A stretch of DNA of 60,692 nucleotides from an uncultured Gammaproteobacteria bacterium (GTDB lineage Bacteria; Pseudomonadota; Gammaproteobacteria; Steroidobacterales; Rariloculaceae). Position 1 is the stretch's first letter; every line of letters begins with the position of its first letter. Positions 41,272 through 50,519 of the stretch are shown here, piece after piece. The DNA lies in assembly GCA_964553875.1 (NCBI GenBank), contig CAZKNH010000008.1, forward strand, positions 1-60,692, read 5' to 3'. The position numbers and the translations under genes are program-made. The notes below the pieces were generated by a model, which saw only the letters and a list, made by a program, of their open reading frames with translations, was not told where the DNA came from and did not search any database.

Positions 41272-41349
41272 TTCGTTTCCAAAGTCTGTGGCATACAAGT
41301 TGCACCTCCCGCGTCACTTTCGCGACCGAGGGAGCAGCTGAGGTGCAGC

Positions 41350-41844
41350 ATGGCTCGTGCGGATACCCTGCCGAGTGCTCGTGCCGGAGGACAAATTCGG
41401 GCGGCGAGCGCGATCAATCTGGTGCTCGGCCTCTGGCTGATCATCGCGGCGTTCTCGCTGGCGGTATCGAGGGAGGCCTATTGGAACGATCTGATCGTCG
41501 GCGTCGTCGTCCTCGTCCTCGCCGCGACGCGCCTTTCGCGGCCGACCGAAGGAACGAAGCCCGCGAGCTGGGTCAACGCGGCGATCGGCGTATGGCTCAT
41601 TGCCGCGCCGTTCATCCTGAGCTACGAGCGCGACCAGGAGATGTGGAACGACATCATCGTCGGAGCGCTGCTCTTGATCTTCGCCGGCTGGAGCGCATCG
41701 CTGCCGCGTGCGCGTGATGCGTGGCAGACGGGATCGCGCACGACCGATAAGACGGTGCGGCGCGACACGACCGTGCCCCCGACGAGCCCGCCCCGGGGCG
41801 ACGTCGATACGACCGCGCGTCCAGGCGGCTCTCGGCGCCGCTGA
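41350..41844 (+). CDS. SPW-repeat-like membrane protein
   Basis: 164 aa. Two copies of (I/V)N..(L/I)G.WLI.A.F.L......WND.IVG...L, as in the SPW repeat family (from memory). GAGGTG SD. Confidence 0.7.
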   Translation: MARADTLPSARAGGQIRAASAINLVLGLWLIIAAFSLAVSREAYWNDLIVGVVVLVLAATRLSRPTEGTKPASWVNAAIGVWLIAAPFILSYERDQEMWNDIIVGALLLIFAGWSASLPRARDAWQTGSRTTDKTVRRDTTVPPTSPPRGDVDTTARPGGSRRR

Positions 41845-41998
41845 TTCGGCTGTCGGCGATGGTTCGGAGCAGGGACGCGTGGCGCGAGACCCTCGGGGAA
41901 ATGCCGCGACCGGGACGTTCCGCGTAGTTTCCGGAAGGCGCCGTCGTTTACGTACGTCCCGCGGCGCTGCCCGGCGCCTATCGCTGTATGATTGGCGC

Positions 41999-42793
41999 GT
42001 GTTCGGACTCATCAGAACCCGGCGGCGGCGCAGGATTCTCGCGACGGAATCCATCGCGTCCGAGCTTTGGGAGACCACGCTCGACGCCGTGCCGGTGCTT
42101 GCGTTGCTCGACAGCGGCGAGCGCGGGCGGCTGCACGACCTGTCGCTGCTGTTCCTTCACGAGAAACGTCTCGAGCCGGCCGGCGGCCTCGAGCTCGACG
42201 ACGCGATGCGCGTGCGGATCGCGGCGCTCGCGTGCCTTCCGATCCTCGAGCTCGGGCTCGACTGCTACGACGGCTTCGCGTCGGTGATCGTCTATCCGGA
42301 CGAGTTCGTCGTCCCGGGACGCGAGCAGGTCGACGAGGCCGGCGTCGTGCACGTCGGCGACGATGTGCTGAGCGGCGAATCCTGGGACTTCGGTCCGGTG
42401 ATTCTCGCCTGGGAGGATATCGAGGCGAGCGGGCAGGGGGACGGCTACAACGTCGTCGCCCACGAGTTCGCGCACAAGCTCGATTTGCTCGACGGTAGCG
42501 TCAACGGGGTGCCTGCGCTGCACCGCGACATGCGCGTCGACGAATGGACCGCCGTGTTCCAGGACGCCTATGACGAGCTCGTCGAGCAGATCGAGCGGGG
42601 CGAGGAACCGTGGATCGATCCCTACGCGGCGGAGAATCCGGGCGAGTTCTTCGCGGTCTGCACGGAGCTTTTTTTCGATGTTCCGATCGACCTGCAGATC
42701 GCGTACCCGGCGCTTTACCGACAGCTTGCCGCGTACTACCGCCAGGACCCGGCCGCGCGGATGCGCCGTCCTCGCGACCGCCGGGTCTCTTGA
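41999..42793 (+). CDS. mtfA: MtfA-like zinc peptidase (family M90)
   Basis: Long ORF 41708 trimmed to GTG 41999. Collinear with E. coli MtfA as I recall it: LACLPILELGLDCYDGF..VIVYPDEFVV, HEFAHKLD, NPGEFFAVCTELFF. Confidence 0.82.
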   Translation: MFGLIRTRRRRRILATESIASELWETTLDAVPVLALLDSGERGRLHDLSLLFLHEKRLEPAGGLELDDAMRVRIAALACLPILELGLDCYDGFASVIVYPDEFVVPGREQVDEAGVVHVGDDVLSGESWDFGPVILAWEDIEASGQGDGYNVVAHEFAHKLDLLDGSVNGVPALHRDMRVDEWTAVFQDAYDELVEQIERGEEPWIDPYAAENPGEFFAVCTELFFDVPIDLQIAYPALYRQLAAYYRQDPAARMRRPRDRRVS

Positions 42794-42841
42794 CCCGCAC
42801 GGAGCGACCTGCAATCGTGCCGCCGGCATCGTAGACCCGAA

Positions 42842-43258
42842 GTGCTGCTGATCGAGTTGCTGGAATTTCTCGCGCCGTTCGTCCCGTGGCTCGTCGGCGT
42901 ATCCGCGATCAGCCTGCTCCTCGGCGCGTTTCTCACCCCCGTGATGATCCTGCGGATCCCGTCCGATTATTTCGTGCCGGAGCGGCGTGCGACGCTGATT
43001 CGGCGGTCGAGGCATCCGGCGCTTCGTGCGCTGATCCTTGCCGCGAAGAACCTGTTCGGCGCGCTGCTGCTGCTCGCGGGGTTCGCGATGCTGTTCCTGC
43101 CGGGGCAGGGTCTGTTGACGCTGTTCGCGGGGCTGATCGTGATGAACTATCCGGGCAAATACCGCTTCGAGCGCTGGCTCGTGCGGCGTCCCTACGTGTT
43201 GTCGGCGATGAATTGGCTGCGCGTAAGGCGCGGCCGAGAGCCGCTCGACGTGCCGTGA
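42842..43258 (+). CDS. Small membrane protein (PGPGW-family-like)
   Basis: 138 aa, GTG start. Hydrophobic N-terminal half, LFLPGQGLLTLFAGLIVMNYPGK segment. Confidence 0.6.
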   Translation: MLLIELLEFLAPFVPWLVGVSAISLLLGAFLTPVMILRIPSDYFVPERRATLIRRSRHPALRALILAAKNLFGALLLLAGFAMLFLPGQGLLTLFAGLIVMNYPGKYRFERWLVRRPYVLSAMNWLRVRRGREPLDVP

Positions 43259-43267
43259 GCGGGCGGC

Positions 43268-43753
43268 TCAAACGAAGCGCATCAGCACGAAAAGCCCGAG
43301 CATCGTGAAGCCCAGGGCGAGCTTCGCCGCCGTTCCGATCAGCATGCCGAGGGTCGCGCCGAAGCCGGCGCGGCTTGCGGCGTGAAGCCCCTTGTTCGCG
43401 GAGAGCTCGCCGAGCACCGCACCCGCGAACGGCCCGAGCAGGAGGCCGATCGGGCCGAGAAAAATGCCGACGACGGCACCGATTGCGGCACCGATCACGG
43501 CGCGGCGCGACGCGCCGTAGCGGCTCGCGCCGAGCGAGCCCGCGGCGAAATCGGCGATATACGCGACGATCGCGAGCAAGCCGAGCACGCCGAGTGTTTC
43601 GACGCCGACGTAACGGAAGTCCTCGGCCCACGCGCCGACGACGAATCCGGCGAAGAGGAGCACGGGACCGGGCAGCGCCGGCAGGACGAGGCCGGCGAGC
43701 CCGGCAACGATCAGAACGATCGCAACGATCCAGAGGAGCGCCGTCGTTACCAT
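43268..43753 (-). CDS. DUF456 membrane protein
   Basis: 161 aa. LLWIVAIVLIVAGLAGLVLPALPGPVLLFAGFVVGAW N-terminus is typical of DUF456. Gly/Ala-rich TM bundle. Confidence 0.8.
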   Translation of the reverse strand: MVTTALLWIVAIVLIVAGLAGLVLPALPGPVLLFAGFVVGAWAEDFRYVGVETLGVLGLLAIVAYIADFAAGSLGASRYGASRRAVIGAAIGAVVGIFLGPIGLLLGPFAGAVLGELSANKGLHAASRAGFGATLGMLIGTAAKLALGFTMLGLFVLMRFV

Positions 43754-43868
43754 CGGCTCAGCCCGTGGTCACGCTCGTCTCGTTACGTTTCGCCCGGCCG
43801 CGCGAGCCCGGCCGGCGGGACGTGTGGCGATGAAGCCCGCCCCGCGTGCCGCCGCGCCCCGAGCGGCA

Positions 43869-44486
43869 TCACGCTTCGTCGCGGGCGGGCGCGGCGGCCG
43901 TCGGCCGCGCGGGCGCGGACTGATGCTCCTCGTCTTCGTCGGCCCGGGCAGGGATCAGCATCTTGCCGAACGTGCCGTCCTGGTTGAACGCCGCGTGCTT
44001 GTAGACGCCCGCGATATGCAACAGGGTCATCACGAGGATCGCGATGGCCGACGTCGCATGCACGCGGTGCAGCCCGTCACGCACCGCGAAGTTTTGCTCG
44101 AACGGGCTCGGTATCTCGAACCAGTCCCAGACGCCGATCGAGGCGCCGCTGAACCACACCATCAACGGGCCCGTGATCAGCATCACGGCTATCGCGACGA
44201 GCAACAAGTAATGCGTGTATTTGCCCAGCACGAAGAACAGGCCGCGCTGCTTCGGCAGCGGCCCGGGGTGACCGTGCGAGAACCGCAGGACGATACGCGC
44301 CCACAGGAAGACGTAGCTCGTGATTGCGATCGATGTATGCAATAGCAAAGCATCTTCCCGCTCCTGCCCGGACAACGTCGAGATCGTATCGCCGACGAAG
44401 AGCAGCACGAGGATCACGATCGCGGTGAACCAGTGCAGCGCGATGGAGAGCCATCCGTAGCCGGTGTTCGTATCCTTGAACCGCAT
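43869..44486 (-). CDS. Cytochrome b561 family protein (CybB-like)
   Basis: ORF 43869..44537 trimmed to ATG 44486 (MRFKDTNTGYGWLSIALHWFTAI...). Four TM segments with His pairs (LHW, ...LLLHTS..., HYLLL, LHRVHAT). Acidic C-terminal tail. Confidence 0.82.
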   Translation of the reverse strand: MRFKDTNTGYGWLSIALHWFTAIVILVLLFVGDTISTLSGQEREDALLLHTSIAITSYVFLWARIVLRFSHGHPGPLPKQRGLFFVLGKYTHYLLLVAIAVMLITGPLMVWFSGASIGVWDWFEIPSPFEQNFAVRDGLHRVHATSAIAILVMTLLHIAGVYKHAAFNQDGTFGKMLIPARADEDEEHQSAPARPTAAAPARDEA

Positions 44487-44574
44487 CAGAGTCGTCAGTC
44501 CCTCTCGATCAAGTGTTCCCGCGCGCACTGCATGCAATGCCGTCGCGGCATAAGGTCATAACAGCGTACTCTCG

Positions 44575-44580
44575 ATTATA
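44575..44580 (-). promoter_or_regulatory. Consensus -10 box (TATAAT) upstream of the cytochrome b561 gene
   Basis: The complement of 44575-44580 reads TATAAT, 89 nt upstream of ATG 44486, in a locally AT-rich patch. No convincing -35. Confidence 0.35.
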
Positions 44581-45175
44581 ACGCCGGCTCCGCGTGTCGC
44601 CGCCGCTTCTTGTCGAGCTCGCACGCATGTTTCATCTGCCGTCGACGGGCCCGTCGCACGATCCGCACTGGACTGTTCAGCATCCGGAAGAATCCCGTAC
44701 AATGCACGAGCCTCGGAGGCGTACGCGCCCATGGTTGTCCCTCTCAACCAACCGACCCCCAGAGCGGCGCCTCCGGGGCACCCGATTCTCGAACGCGCGA
44801 TCGTCGTGGCGCAGCGGAATGTCGACGGTCCGCTCGAACCCGTTTCGAGCAACCTCGATGTGACGCATCGGCGAGGTGCCCGAGCGAGGGTAGCCTACCA
44901 TTCGACCGCTGGGTCGACGAAACCGTGCTTGTCAACAGGAGCCGGATTGCGGATAGTTCGCAGCGGGGTGCCGATCCAACGGGGGGCAGCGGGGACCAAC
45001 CGGTTATCCGGCGATGCGGGCGCCGACTTCAGTGGGGCCGGTGCAGAGCGTCGACAGAGCGCATCGAGCGGATCCGGCCGCGTAGCGTTCGGCAACCGGC
45101 CCAAACGCGTGACGCCGGTATGCACGCCGTTCGACCCGGGCGGCATCACGGCTATCCCGCGTAGAAAGGGCCGAA

Positions 45176-45772
45176 ATGGACGGACGCGATCTTGGCGAAC
45201 CAAGGGTATCGACCGAGCCCACCCGCTTCTTCTTGAGCTGGCTGCAAAACCCTTTGACCGTCGGCGCCGTCGCGCCGAGCGGCCGCGAGCTGGCTCGGCT
45301 CATGACCTCGGGCCTCGGGCCCGGTGCACGCGTCATCGAGCTCGGTGCGGGTACCGGGACGCTCACGCACGCGATCCTCGAGCGGGGCGTTCATCCGTCC
45401 GACCTTCACCTGATCGAGCAGAACGAGGATTTCGCGGCGATGCTGCGGCGGCGCTTTCCGCAGTGCACCGTCGTGACCGGTGATGCCGAACGTCTGGCTC
45501 GTCATTTGCAGGGCCTGCGCGGCACCGTGGATTTCGTGATCAGCGGCTTGCCGTTGCTGCTGTTCACGGCCGCGCGCAAGGCGCGCGTGTTGCAGCAGGC
45601 GTTGACGATGCTCGGCAGAGGCGGTTGCATTCATCAATTCACGTACGGCGGCAGGTGCTCGGTCGGCCGCGTGCTCCTTGCGCGCTACGGGCTCCGGGCT
45701 TCGTTGCTCGGCGTCGCCGCATTGAACATTCCGCCGGCCTTCGTCTACCGACTCACACGTATCGATGATTGA
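45176..45772 (+). CDS. Class I SAM-dependent methyltransferase (phospholipid N-methyltransferase-like)
   Basis: 198 aa. FFLSWLQNPLTVGAVAPSGRELARLM, VIELGAGTGTLT (motif I), LIEQNEDF, GDAE. Confidence 0.8.
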   Translation: MDGRDLGEPRVSTEPTRFFLSWLQNPLTVGAVAPSGRELARLMTSGLGPGARVIELGAGTGTLTHAILERGVHPSDLHLIEQNEDFAAMLRRRFPQCTVVTGDAERLARHLQGLRGTVDFVISGLPLLLFTAARKARVLQQALTMLGRGGCIHQFTYGGRCSVGRVLLARYGLRASLLGVAALNIPPAFVYRLTRIDD

Positions 45773-45785
45773 TTGCCACGAACTG

Positions 45786-47036
45786 ATGACCCATGCGCGG
45801 TCCCGGCGCGGAAGCTCGCTTCGAATTGCCGCTGCTGCGGCCTTACTGATCACAACGGGGTGCAGCGGCGACGGCGTTTCGCGCCCGGAGGCTCCGGTCG
45901 AGCTCGCCGTGCCGGCGGGTCCGGGCAGCGGGCAGGCGCGATTGACCGAGGGGCCCGACGGAATGCTCGTGTTGAGCTGGCTCGAGCCGGCCGACGACGG
46001 CGTCGACGCGCTCCGTTTCTCGGTGCTCGGCGGCGACGGCTGGACGGAGCCCCGCACCGTCGCGACCGGGGACGACTTCGTCGTGAGCTGGGCGGACTTG
46101 CCGTCGGTCGTGCCGATCACGTCCGATGTCCTGATCGCGCACTGGCTGAAGGCGGCGCCGGACAGCTTCGCGGCGTACGACATCGCGTATGCGACGTCGT
46201 CCGACGGCGGACGCACCTTCGTGGAGCACGGGCTCCTCAACGACGACGGCACGCTGGTCGAGCACGGGTTCGTGTCGCTGTTCCCGTGGGACGATGCGAT
46301 CGGCGCGATCTGGCTCGACGGGCGGCGGCTCGCGGAGCTTTTCGAGTCCGGCGACTTCGATCCCGACGGTCCGCCGGTCGGAACGAGTCTGCGATTCGCG
46401 AAGATCGCCTATGACGGAACGCTCATCGCGGGCGGGGAGATCGACGAGCTCGTCTGCGACTGCTGCGCGACGGGCGCGGCGCTCGCGGACACCGCGCCCG
46501 TTGTCGTCTATCGCGACCGCAGCCCCGACGAGATTCGCGACATTGCGGTCCGGCGGCACGCGGACGACGGATGGAGCGACGCGACGGTCCTCGGTCCCGA
46601 CGGCTGGCGTATCGAGGGTTGCCCGGTCAACGGGCCGGCGATCGCGGCGCGCGGCGACACGGTCGTTGCCGCGTGGTTCACCGCGCCCGAAGGGCGCCCC
46701 CGGGTCCGCGCGGCCCGGTCCGCGGACGGCGGCCTCACCTTCGGCGCCGCGATCGACGTCGATCTCGACGGCGCGTTCGGCTATGTCGACGTCGGGCTGC
46801 TCGACGACGGCGACGCGCTCGTGAGCTGGTGGCGGCGCCGCGGGCAGGGCGAGATCGAGCTCGTGATGCGGCGGGTCGGCACGGACGGGACGCTCGGCGA
46901 GCCGCTGGCCGTCACGACGGCCTCCGTCGGGCAGCCTGCCGACGTGCCGCAGCTTGCGATCGCGGGCAATGCGGCGATCGTCGCGTGGACCGATCCGAGC
47001 GATGAGCGCGTCCGCACGGTGAGGGTGCCGTTGTGA
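45786..47036 (+). CDS. BNR/sialidase-like beta-propeller lipoprotein
   Basis: ATG 45786 (or ATG 45765, which overlaps the methyltransferase stop). Lipobox LITTGC. BNR motifs SSDGGRTF and SADGGLTF. Cys cluster VCDCC ... EGCPVNGP. Confidence 0.78.
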   Translation: MTHARSRRGSSLRIAAAAALLITTGCSGDGVSRPEAPVELAVPAGPGSGQARLTEGPDGMLVLSWLEPADDGVDALRFSVLGGDGWTEPRTVATGDDFVVSWADLPSVVPITSDVLIAHWLKAAPDSFAAYDIAYATSSDGGRTFVEHGLLNDDGTLVEHGFVSLFPWDDAIGAIWLDGRRLAELFESGDFDPDGPPVGTSLRFAKIAYDGTLIAGGEIDELVCDCCATGAALADTAPVVVYRDRSPDEIRDIAVRRHADDGWSDATVLGPDGWRIEGCPVNGPAIAARGDTVVAAWFTAPEGRPRVRAARSADGGLTFGAAIDVDLDGAFGYVDVGLLDDGDALVSWWRRRGQGEIELVMRRVGTDGTLGEPLAVTTASVGQPADVPQLAIAGNAAIVAWTDPSDERVRTVRVPL

Positions 47037-48007
47037 TCGGCGCGGCACGCGTATCGAGCGCCGTCGCCTTGATCGGCGCGTGCGCACTCGCGGGGTGCGT
47101 GACGCGCGCGCCGCTGACCGATGCGTACGACGGTCCCGAGGCGCTGCCCGAGCCTCTCGCGGCGTCTTACGAGATCTCGCTCGAGCCGGTCGACGCGGTG
47201 ACCGACGCGGTGCGCGAGCGGCGCGCGTTCGTCGTCAAGGAGGTCGTTCTGCCGGGCCGAGAGGCGGCGGATGGGCTGCCCGCGATCGACGAGCTCAGGT
47301 TCGAGTACTACGACGTCGACGGCGACGACGCGACGCCTGCGATCGTCGTCCTGCCGATCGCGAACGGCAACATGCTCGTCTCGCGGTATTTCGCCCGCTA
47401 CTTCGCATCGCGCGGCTGGGCGTCGCTCGTGATCGACCACGCTCGCGATCCGGTGGAGGACGTGCTCGAAGATCCCGAGAGCCTGATCCGCCGCAATATC
47501 ATCGACTACCGGCGCGTGCTCGACTGGGTCGAGCGGCAGCCGGAGATCGACAGCATCGGCATCTTCGGGCTGAGCTTCGGCGGCATGGCCGCCGTGGTGC
47601 TCGCCGCGCTCGACGACCGCGTCGACGCCGTCGTCGTGGCGATGGCGGGCGGTGATCTCCCGTACCTGCTCGTGAACACGAGCTATCGGGATGTCGCACG
47701 GCAGGTCCGGCGGTCGCTGCGCGAGACCGGGTTGACCCGCGACCGGCTGAAGGAGCGCCTCGACGAGCTGATCGCGTCCGATCCGCTCGTGTTCGCACCG
47801 TACGTCGACGCCGAGCAGGTGCTGCTCGTGATGACGCGCACGGACATGATCGTGCCTTTCGAGACGCAGGAGCGGCTGCGCGCCGAGCTCGGCGAGCCCG
47901 AGACCCTCGTCCTGCCAACGGGCCACCGCACGTCGGTCTTCTACTTCCCGCTGCTCAGAAGCAGCGCGTACGACTTCTTCGAGCGGCAGTTCAGCGCGTC
48001 GCGCTGA
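47033..48007 (+). CDS. Alpha/beta-hydrolase lipoprotein
   Basis: GTG 47033 overlaps the upstream stop (GTGA). Lipobox ALAGC. Nucleophile elbow GLSFGG. 324 aa. Confidence 0.78.
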   Translation: MIGAARVSSAVALIGACALAGCVTRAPLTDAYDGPEALPEPLAASYEISLEPVDAVTDAVRERRAFVVKEVVLPGREAADGLPAIDELRFEYYDVDGDDATPAIVVLPIANGNMLVSRYFARYFASRGWASLVIDHARDPVEDVLEDPESLIRRNIIDYRRVLDWVERQPEIDSIGIFGLSFGGMAAVVLAALDDRVDAVVVAMAGGDLPYLLVNTSYRDVARQVRRSLRETGLTRDRLKERLDELIASDPLVFAPYVDAEQVLLVMTRTDMIVPFETQERLRAELGEPETLVLPTGHRTSVFYFPLLRSSAYDFFERQFSASR

Positions 48008-48046
48008 CGGTGCGGGCCGACGCGCCGCATCGGCCCGCGGGCGGCG

Positions 48047-49156
48047 TCATGCCGCGAGCCGGTCGCGCACGTGCTCCGCGATCGCGAGGCACGAGGTCAG
48101 GCCGGGCGATTCGATGCCGAGGAGATGCACGATCCGGCCGCCGCCCGGTGCGTCGCCCGCGACGATCATGAAATCGGCGGACGGCTCTCCGGGTCCGGCG
48201 AGCTTCGGCCGGATGCCGACGTATCCCGGACTCAGCGTCCCGTCTTCGAGCCCCGGCCAGTAGCGCCTGATGGCCGAATAGAAGCGCTCGACACGGCTGC
48301 CGTCGAGCGAGTAGTCGATCGCGTCGGTCCACTCGACGTCCGGCCCGAAGCGCGCCCGGCCCGCAAGATCGAGCGTCGCGTGCACGCCGAGGCCGCCAGG
48401 CTCGGGAAGCGGATAGACGAGCCGCCGGAACGGACTCTTGCCCGTGTACACGAAGTAATTGCCCTTCGCATAGCGGAGCGTAGGGATCGTCACCGACGCG
48501 AGCGCGGGCAGTGCACGTGCGACGCGGTCCGCGTAAAGACCCGCAGCGTTCACGACGGCGCGGGCGGAGAGCTCGACGGGGCCGTCCTCGGTCTCGACCG
48601 TGAGCGCGATCGCGTTCCCCGCGGACGTGCCGCCGCGGAGCGCCGACCGGAGCGCGACCTGACCCCCGGCCTGCTCCAGGTCGCCTTGAAGCGCGAGCAT
48701 CAGCGCGTGGCTGTCGATGATGCCGGTCGACGGCGACAAGAGCGCCGCAACGCCGGACACCTCGGGCTCGAGCGCTCGGAGATCGCGGCGGTCGAGCCAC
48801 TCGAGGTCATCGACGCCGTTCGCGCGTGCGCTGACGCGGAGCAGCTCGAGCTCCGCGCGCTGCTCGTCCGACACGGCGACGATCACCTTGCCGATGCGCC
48901 GGTGCGGGATGCGCTTCTCGGCGCAGTAGCGATACAGCGCGTCACGGCCGCGCACGCAGAGCTCGGCCTTGAGGCTCCCGGCCGGATAGTAGATTCCGGC
49001 ATGAATCACCTCGGAGTTACGCGACGACGTTTCCTCGCCGATCGCGGCGTTTTTCTCGAGGATCAGCACCTCACGGCCATCGAGCGCGAGCGCTCGCGCG
49101 ACCGCGAGGCCGACGACCCCCGCGCCGACGACGACGACATCGAATTCAGGCTCCAT
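48047..49156 (-). CDS. FAD-dependent oxidoreductase (COG0579, L-2-hydroxyglutarate oxidase/dehydrogenase-like)
   Basis: DVVVVGAGVVGLAVARALA..GREVLILEK, SSRNSEVIHAGIYY. 369 aa. Confidence 0.82.
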   Translation of the reverse strand: MEPEFDVVVVGAGVVGLAVARALALDGREVLILEKNAAIGEETSSRNSEVIHAGIYYPAGSLKAELCVRGRDALYRYCAEKRIPHRRIGKVIVAVSDEQRAELELLRVSARANGVDDLEWLDRRDLRALEPEVSGVAALLSPSTGIIDSHALMLALQGDLEQAGGQVALRSALRGGTSAGNAIALTVETEDGPVELSARAVVNAAGLYADRVARALPALASVTIPTLRYAKGNYFVYTGKSPFRRLVYPLPEPGGLGVHATLDLAGRARFGPDVEWTDAIDYSLDGSRVERFYSAIRRYWPGLEDGTLSPGYVGIRPKLAGPGEPSADFMIVAGDAPGGGRIVHLLGIESPGLTSCLAIAEHVRDRLAA

Positions 49157-49237
49157 GCTTCTCCAGATCGACGTTTTTCCCGGCCTGATAGAATGGGCGG
49201 CCCCGCCGCCCGCCCGAAGTCTAGCGGAGGTCCCTCG

Positions 49238-49822
49238 ATGCCCGACAGCGTCTCGCAGCCCTCGAACGACGAGATCGCCCGCTTCGCGGAAGCGATTCGG
49301 TCACGCCGCTCGATCGACCTGTTCGAGCCGAATCCGCCGGGCACGGAGCGCCTGCTCGAGGCGATCGAGGTCGCGCGCTGGGCGCCGAATCACCGGTTGA
49401 CTCAGCCGTGGCGCTTTTACGTGCTCGGTCGCCAGACGGCCGACGCGATCGTCGACCTCGCGGTCGAGATCGAGACGGCCGCGAAGGGCGAGCAGGCAGG
49501 CGAAGCGCGCCGCAGGCGCTGGAGCGCGATCCCGGCATTCTTCGCCGTGACCTGCACCCGGAGCGACGACGAGCTTCAACAGCTCGAGGACTACGCCGCG
49601 TGTTGCTGCGCCGTGCAGAATCTGATGCTCTACATGTGGCAATGCGGGCTCGGCGTGAAATGGACGACCGGCGCCGTGACCCGAGACCCCCGCTTCTTCG
49701 AGATCGTCGGGATCGATCCCGCCGCGGAAATGCTCGTCGGCCTCTTCTGGTACGGAATACCGAGGGCCGTTCCGAGTCAAAAGAGACGCGATGTTTCGGA
49801 AATCGTCGTCGTACGACCTTGA
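49238..49822 (+). CDS. Nitroreductase family protein
   Basis: Long ORF 48071 trimmed to ATG 49238 (GGAGG SD). IRSRRSIDLF, APNHRLTQPWRFYVL. Extended -10 TGATAGAAT at 49185-49193. Confidence 0.82.
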   Translation: MPDSVSQPSNDEIARFAEAIRSRRSIDLFEPNPPGTERLLEAIEVARWAPNHRLTQPWRFYVLGRQTADAIVDLAVEIETAAKGEQAGEARRRRWSAIPAFFAVTCTRSDDELQQLEDYAACCCAVQNLMLYMWQCGLGVKWTTGAVTRDPRFFEIVGIDPAAEMLVGLFWYGIPRAVPSQKRRDVSEIVVVRP

Positions 49823-49834
49823 TTAGTCACCAGG

Positions 49835-50494
49835 ATGGGCCAAGCCATGGACAATTCGGCGAGTAATGTGGTCCTGCCTCAGTCGTCCCGCGGGCGCGAA
49901 AGGCTGGCGCGGATACTCGAGGCGGCCACGGAGCTGTTTCTGAAGGACGGGTACGGCGCAACGTCGATCGATTCGATCCTCGAGCTGTCGGGCGGGTCGA
50001 AGGCGACGTTGTACAGCTACTTTCCGACGAAGGACGATCTGTTCAGGGCCGTCATCGACGAGGTGCTCGCGTCGGCGCAGGAACCGCGGCTCGAGACGAC
50101 GGCCGACCCGCGCACGACATTGATCGAGTTCTCGGTGCAGCGCCTCGAGGTGCTCTTCTCGTCGAAGCACCACGCGCTGCTCAGGCTCATCATCGCGGAG
50201 CGCGAGCGCTTCCCTGACCTTGCGAAGATGTACTACGAGCGCGCGCCGCTGCGCAGCAGGGCGACGCTCGCGGAATATTTCGCGGAGCTCGAGCGTCGCG
50301 GCGTGCTCGACGCCGGCAGCGCCGACGAGGCCGCCGAGTTCCTGATCGGCATGATGGTGCACTGGTGGGTCATGGAGGCGCTGCTGCTCGGGAACAGCCC
50401 GAGCAGCGAAGCGATCCGCGACCGTGCCACGCGCGTCGTCGATCGCTTTCTGACGGCGTTCGGGCGGCGCTCCGAGGACGGCGCGGCCGCTTGA
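49835..50494 (+). CDS. TetR/AcrR family transcriptional regulator
   Basis: ILEAATELFLKDGYGATSIDSILELSGGSKATLYSYFPTKDDLF (TetR HTH). Confidence 0.88.
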   Translation: MGQAMDNSASNVVLPQSSRGRERLARILEAATELFLKDGYGATSIDSILELSGGSKATLYSYFPTKDDLFRAVIDEVLASAQEPRLETTADPRTTLIEFSVQRLEVLFSSKHHALLRLIIAERERFPDLAKMYYERAPLRSRATLAEYFAELERRGVLDAGSADEAAEFLIGMMVHWWVMEALLLGNSPSSEAIRDRATRVVDRFLTAFGRRSEDGAAA

Positions 50495-50519
50495 CGTCGA
50501 CGTTACGCGAACGATCGCT

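Noticed and set aside
44870-44900. GGCGAGGTGCCCGAGCGAGGG as the start of a class II tRNA (Ser/Leu/Tyr).
   Set aside because: No anticodon arm with a 7-nt loop, no T-arm (GGTTCGA) and no complementary acceptor 3' strand could be found downstream.
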